Below are positions 27,562 through 32,000 of a stretch of 32,000 nucleotides of DNA, one piece after another. Within the stretch, counting starts at the first letter, position 1. Every line of letters starts with the position of its first letter. The notes under the pieces are model-generated. The model was not told the origin of the DNA and searched no databases. It saw only the letters and a program-made list of their open reading frames with translations. The position numbers and the translations under genes were made by a program. The DNA comes from Candidatus Electrothrix sp. GW3-4 (GTDB lineage Bacteria; Desulfobacterota; Desulfobulbia; Desulfobulbales; Desulfobulbaceae): contig NZ_CP147990.1 of NCBI RefSeq assembly GCF_037902255.1, positions 2,310,001 through 2,342,000 on the forward strand, given 5' to 3'.

Positions 27562-29277
27562 TTAAATGATGGCGCCGAGCACCTCATCTACTGCCTTGGC
27601 CTGTTCCATCCGATTACGGAGAAAAGGATCTGTCAGGTGCCTGCTGTTCTGTTCTATTACATTACACAGTTTCTGAATACCTGCTTGACTTCCCAGGTCT
27701 GCCATTTCTTTCACCCGTTCCAGATTTACCGCAAAATCATGGACAATTTTGCGGCTTTCGCCGGAGGTGGACATGATCTCTGCATAGGTCCTCGGGTTCT
27801 GGGAATGGACCCGGGCCATGGCAAGGATGGGATAAAGCGAGGTCAGGGTGCAATGGGAGGCGAGATCCTCGGCCGTGATCCTGTTTTCTTCCAAGGTCAT
27901 GGCCAAAGCCACAGAAATAACCGTGGGCAGTTTTTGCCCGATCCCCATCAGCAGGTCATGTTTCGTTGCAGAATCCTGGTAAATACTTGCGCCGTGCTTA
28001 TACAAAAAGGCCTCAAACTCAGAGCAAAACCTGCCGCTACGACCGGTGCGGACCACGATGGCATTCTTGTCCTTCATGGTTGCGGCCTGGGGTCCCCAAA
28101 GATTATGGACCAGCATAACCTCCACGCCGGAGCCTGTAATTTCCAAGGCGGTCTCAACCGTGGTCTCTGACTCACCTGCTAACAAGATGAGTGCCTTGCC
28201 ATCCTCAATCAGCGGCCCGTATTGCCGTATAGTTTCCACGGTAAAGGAGATTGGCACACAGATCACCACCACATCAACCTGCGGGATCATCTCCTCTGGC
28301 CGAAGTTCCGTGCTGCGCCCGGTCATGCAGGTACGATACCCTTCATGCTCCAGACGGTCGGCAAACCAGGCGCTCATGGCCCCGGTACCGATGAAACCAA
28401 AGGAACCAATGTACTTGGGCCGCATATCCACCCGGGAAAAGCAGCCAAGCAGGCGCATGCGGTTGCGCTGCCCGATAATCCGTTCCTCAATACCGGTAAC
28501 GACCTCCTGCATGGCCCGGTCTTCGATATGCCCTTCTGCCTCAAGATAGATTTGCAGCTTCTGGGATTTCACATCATTTTCCGAACTCATGTCCAGAATA
28601 TTGATGCCATGGCGGGAGAATTCTCCAAGGATATCAACCAGCAGCCCCACTCTATCATCAAGGGCTCCGGTGATAAAGGCCGTGGCGTCATAGCCTGTGG
28701 GCCTTGCTATCCCTCGACCCAAGACTGCATAGCGGGTCCGGTTATGGGGGGCTACTTCCCGCTCAAGGATGTGCAACCCCAAGGCATCCAGTAATTCAGC
28801 AGTGGCAATAACACCCTGATTTTTCTGGTCCAGCTCCCGGAGTCGCAGGACCGCCTGCTCTATATCATGAACACTGGTCAGGGCCACATCAGGAAAGGTT
28901 CCGCAGATGTACTCTTCGCATTGGCGAAACACAGCCCGCTGCCCCAGCAGCACCTCAAGGTCTACAGCCCGCACATCCGGGGCAAAGACACCAAGGGAAA
29001 GGTTGGATGGCAGGACGATATTATCCAACCAATACCCCTCATTCACCTGCTCGAACAGGCGAAAATACTGTTTATTTTCTCCCTGACGAGTATTGAATAT
29101 CGGGACAACAATCTGATCAACCTCCTGGGAGATAAAGGCATCCAGGAGGCCACCGGAATGGGGATAGAGCATAATCTCAGCATGGGGGGCGTAACAGATG
29201 GCGGCCTGCCAGGCATGGGACTGTTCAGGACCGAGGGTACCGAGGATAAGCTTCTGTTCTGATAACAATTCGGACAT
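27562..29277 (-). CDS. Fused prephenate dehydratase (PDT + ACT) / prephenate dehydrogenase (TyrA-like)
   Basis: The N-terminal half has ILGTLGPEQSHAWQAA, NRTRYAVLG (TRF-type motif) and an ACT-like segment GLLVDILGEFSRHGINILDM. The C-terminal half has FGFIGTGAMS (dinucleotide fold), ATKHDLLMGIGQKLP and SQNPRTYAEI (TyrA motifs). I prefer the ATG at 29277; the track uses the TTG at 29295. Confidence 0.8.
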   Translation of the reverse strand: MSELLSEQKLILGTLGPEQSHAWQAAICYAPHAEIMLYPHSGGLLDAFISQEVDQIVVPIFNTRQGENKQYFRLFEQVNEGYWLDNIVLPSNLSLGVFAPDVRAVDLEVLLGQRAVFRQCEEYICGTFPDVALTSVHDIEQAVLRLRELDQKNQGVIATAELLDALGLHILEREVAPHNRTRYAVLGRGIARPTGYDATAFITGALDDRVGLLVDILGEFSRHGINILDMSSENDVKSQKLQIYLEAEGHIEDRAMQEVVTGIEERIIGQRNRMRLLGCFSRVDMRPKYIGSFGFIGTGAMSAWFADRLEHEGYRTCMTGRSTELRPEEMIPQVDVVVICVPISFTVETIRQYGPLIEDGKALILLAGESETTVETALEITGSGVEVMLVHNLWGPQAATMKDKNAIVVRTGRSGRFCSEFEAFLYKHGASIYQDSATKHDLLMGIGQKLPTVISVALAMTLEENRITAEDLASHCTLTSLYPILAMARVHSQNPRTYAEIMSTSGESRKIVHDFAVNLERVKEMADLGSQAGIQKLCNVIEQNSRHLTDPFLRNRMEQAKAVDEVLGAII

Positions 29278-29328
29278 AACAGATGATATTATCAAATAAA
29301 GTCCCCATTGGGGAACGTGTTCTCTGTG

Positions 29329-29355
29329 TTTTCTGCAATAGAATTTTCTGCAATA
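29329..29355. repeat. 12-bp direct repeat x2 with 15-bp period (TTTTCTGCAATA) upstream of the PDT/PDH gene
   Basis: 29329-29340 and 29344-29355 are identical. They sit 52-78 nt upstream of the ATG at 29277 (gene on the minus strand). Confidence 0.9.
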
Positions 29356-29653
29356 AAAAATTCCGCCTCAGGAGGGGCAAGAAACGGAACTATAATGTAC
29401 GTGATTTTTCTCCATGCTGCAAGGAACAGAGGTTAGGTTACTGTTTGAAGCACGTAAGTGACCAGGTTCCGCTCTGTCTTGTTAAGCCCGAAACCGACCA
29501 AGAAAACTTCTCGTTTATCAGCTAGATAAAGGCATAATATCTTCTTTTTCACCTTTTGTTTGATGGAGGCATTGTGGGGAGGCTTGATGAAACTATCGCT
29601 GAAAACGGTGTATGGGAGCAAGCCGGAAACATAGAGGCGACGGAATTCCTGTT

Positions 29654-30520
29654 CTACTGCCGCTTCTTATGCTCCAACTCCTTCACAACCGCAAGCTCAA
29701 GCCCGGTAAACCTCACTATCCTTTCCGCTGACTCTCCTTCATTCAACATCTCCAGAGCAACCTCAATTAGCTGTTCTTTTAAACCTTCGTCCCAGCCTTC
29801 GGCAAACTCCGTGACAAGAGAATCCTTCAAATCCCGGGAGTAGTGCAGGTTTTTCTCATACGAGCGCACCTGATCCGGGCTGAAACGGGCGATCTCTGCT
29901 GCTTTAAAAAGCTGCTCAAAAACAGGATCTCGTAATTTATCCGGGATATTATCCAGGCGATGCAGCTCTCTGATAACATATAACCAGTTATCCAGGCGGC
30001 TTTCCAGTTCATCCAGCTCCTTGGTGAATTTGGGTAATTCCAGGTAAATGAAAATCAGTTTATCATACCCTACCCGATTCCTTTCAATCTCTGAAAGCCT
30101 GACATCGTAGCGGTATTTCTCCGCCTGATGTTTGTCCTCATCAAAAGTAAAGTTAAGAATTGCCACCGTATAGACCGCCTTCAGGCCAAAATCCCATTTT
30201 TTCCGTTTTTCCTGCTCCCAAATAGGCAATGAATAACAGTAATTCACTCGATTTGAAAAAAAATTATGTTTGCTTTTGCGCAACCCAACAATAAACTTTT
30301 CCCCATCCTCATTCTCACAGCAGAGGTCAACAGCGTCCTTCCTGGAAAGAGCGAGCTGTTCGGTCTTCAGGTAGCTGAGATCCCGGACCTCCCCCTGCTC
30401 ATCCTGAAGCAGCTCATTGAGAAAATCCAGCAACAGATCCTTATTCGAGTGCTCCCCAAAGATCTTCCTGAATCCATAATCAGTGAGCAGATTAATGTAA
30501 CGCTCTTCGGTATCCATCAT
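29654..30520 (-). CDS. Rpn-family / PD-(D/E)XK_2 putative transposase-nuclease homologue
   Basis: YINLLTDYGFRKIFGEHSNKDLLLDFLNELL is the characteristic N-terminus of the TIGR01784/PDDEXK_2 family. The C-terminal helical region fits, and RBS GGGGGAGA directly precedes the ATGATG. Confidence 0.75.
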   Translation of the reverse strand: MMDTEERYINLLTDYGFRKIFGEHSNKDLLLDFLNELLQDEQGEVRDLSYLKTEQLALSRKDAVDLCCENEDGEKFIVGLRKSKHNFFSNRVNYCYSLPIWEQEKRKKWDFGLKAVYTVAILNFTFDEDKHQAEKYRYDVRLSEIERNRVGYDKLIFIYLELPKFTKELDELESRLDNWLYVIRELHRLDNIPDKLRDPVFEQLFKAAEIARFSPDQVRSYEKNLHYSRDLKDSLVTEFAEGWDEGLKEQLIEVALEMLNEGESAERIVRFTGLELAVVKELEHKKRQ

Positions 30521-30704
30521 TCTCCCCCCGCAAAAACAGATGAGACAGCATCAGTCATAATTCCACTCCTGGTCTTTATACTGACTTGAAAACGCTGATC
30601 TGATATTTTCCTGAGACGTGTATAGAACGACAACAACAGCGATGCCGAGCGTCGTTGAAATATACCGGCGGCAAGCACCAGCAGGAGCGCGGCAGCATCT
30701 GTAC

Positions 30705-31400
30705 TTATTCCCTCCCGGAACGTCCAGAAAACAGGGCCCTCCAATGCACCGAGCGGGACTCCTTGATATCCGGCAGCAGCACAATCTTTTCCGGGAAGCC
30801 ATAGCGAGCAAGCGCCTCTCTAAAAATGCCTAATGAATCCGTGACAATTCTCGGGTCATATCCTTCCCCGTACAGATTGTACACCAGGCCCAGCAGCTCC
30901 ATATTTCGGTGCTTAATCGCCTCAAGACAGAGCAAGGTATGATTGATGGAGCCAAGCCGGGGTGTGGTGACCAGGATCAGGGAAAAGGAGCGGCTCTGGA
31001 GATAATCCAGTAATAGGAGCTCCCTGGTCAACGGGACCAGCAGACCACCTGCCGCTTCAATGAGCAGCTGATCCACCTGACCAACCAAGGTATCTGTGGC
31101 GCTGTCCAGTTGGGCCGGATCAATCACCGTGCCAGCCTGCTCCGCAGCGAGATGGGGTGAGGCAGGCAAAGGAAAGCAATAGGAACAGGTCAGCCCCTGC
31201 TCGTCCGGGGCAAGCCAGCCTGTACCCATAAGCTTACGATGCAAAAGGATATCTTCGGAACGATCCTTGCAACCGGTCTGCACTGGCTTTTGGGTAATCA
31301 CCACCTTGCCCTGCTCCATGAGATGGCGGGCCAGCAGACCGGTGACGACCGTTTTCCCCACATCAGTATCTATGCCACAGACAACAACGGGTTTCTTCAT
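30705..31400 (-). CDS. bioD: Dethiobiotin synthetase
   Basis: VVVCGIDTDVGKTVVTGLLA (P-loop GxDTxVGKT), EAAGGLLVPL, about 230 aa. No other bio genes are in the window. Confidence 0.85.
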   Translation of the reverse strand: MKKPVVVCGIDTDVGKTVVTGLLARHLMEQGKVVITQKPVQTGCKDRSEDILLHRKLMGTGWLAPDEQGLTCSYCFPLPASPHLAAEQAGTVIDPAQLDSATDTLVGQVDQLLIEAAGGLLVPLTRELLLLDYLQSRSFSLILVTTPRLGSINHTLLCLEAIKHRNMELLGLVYNLYGEGYDPRIVTDSLGIFREALARYGFPEKIVLLPDIKESRSVHWRALFSGRSGRE

Positions 31401-31639
31401 AGACCTTCTTCTACATCCTGTTTTTTAACTCTGCGTTACCTCTCCCTGCCCCTCTTAATAAGACAGGGCTTTTACTATAACATTTTTTCAAAATCAATGG
31501 GATGCAAAAAAAAGGGCGATGAGATAGGTTGGGTTTGCAAACTTAAGGGCACACTAAAGAGAGGAGGCCGTATAGGAAAAAATACGCCCGGTCACGCACT
31601 GACATGGGTTTGGGAAGTCGTACGCTCCCCATTGACGTG

Positions 31640-31930
31640 TTAACTGATTTTCTGAATAAGGCGCTCGTAACAAACAGGGCATATACCGTGCGATAGCTTC
31701 GGGAGCTGGTCTCGGGTAAACAGGACCATCTTCTCAACCGCTTCCTCTACATCCACCCAACTCGCATCATCCTTCCTGATACACTTACACCAACTACAAA
31801 TGGTTATAATTTTTTGGGACCGCTGAACAGAGCTCTCAAGAAAAAATACCGGCGTTCTTACTTCCTCTCGTTCAAGATAACTGGTAAACACTATTTTCCC
31901 CTTATCCTGAGGAGCCATTTCCATTTTCAT
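31640..31930 (-). CDS. Small (96 aa) protein ending in a CxxC...CxxC module
   Basis: ICSWCKCIRKDDASWVDVEEAVEKMVLFTRDQLPKLSHGICPVCYERL. The ATG at 31930 is preceded by AAGGAG. The track ORF extends to 31996 from a GTG, and the true 5' end could lie beyond the window. Confidence 0.6.
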   Translation of the reverse strand: MKMEMAPQDKGKIVFTSYLEREEVRTPVFFLESSVQRSQKIITICSWCKCIRKDDASWVDVEEAVEKMVLFTRDQLPKLSHGICPVCYERLIQKIS

Positions 31931-32000
31931 GTATCTCCTTTTCTCAGGAGAATCACAGCGGAATGGAAACTCAATCGCCTTTCTGTTTACCCTCACGCTC

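Noticed and set aside
1-32000. CRISPR arrays, rRNA, toxin-antitoxin pairs, prophage or defence-island signatures
   Set aside because: No spaced repeat arrays, no rRNA-like sequence, and no small paired ORFs or phage-like genes were recognisable anywhere in the window.

Overview
This looks like a chromosomal segment from a Desulfobacterota (deltaproteobacterial) organism. That placement is inferred from gene content only: a sigma54 two-component pair, DUF1844, a TIGR04282/TIGR04283-like glycosyltransferase pair and a long-form SerA. I can support about 27 protein genes, one tRNA-His(GUG), one complete IS element, and a few promoters and terminators. The housekeeping genes are tatC, a SulP permease, class II fba, serA, gltX, bioD and a fused prephenate dehydratase/dehydrogenase. 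Two accessory blocks sit among them. Block A (8.3-11.4 kb) is an uncharacterised glycoconjugate-type cluster: a UPF0280/ApbE-like gene lies divergent from two glycosyltransferases and a sugar-phosphate nucleotidyltransferase, with an SDR epimerase convergent. Block B (15.6-24.7 kb) is a c-di-GMP block. It holds a sensor diguanylate cyclase with an active GGDEF domain followed by a degenerate one, split by an 1859-bp IS that has 8-bp target duplications. It also holds an orphan periplasmic sugar-type binding protein, a membrane GGDEF-EAL protein, and a convergent, overlapping WecA/MraY-family priming transferase with an extra C-terminal domain of about 165 aa. The best candidate for an undescribed system is the binding protein plus GGDEF-EAL pair, possibly coupled to the extended glycan-priming enzyme. 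Other points worth a second look are tatC broken at a T9 run, a PDT-ACT-PDH fusion, a double zinc-ribbon protein preceded by a promoter-equipped 32-codon hydrophobic ORF, and several 15-bp-period direct repeats in promoter regions. All domain calls rest on motif recognition by eye; no searches were run. No CRISPR array, rRNA or prophage was seen.
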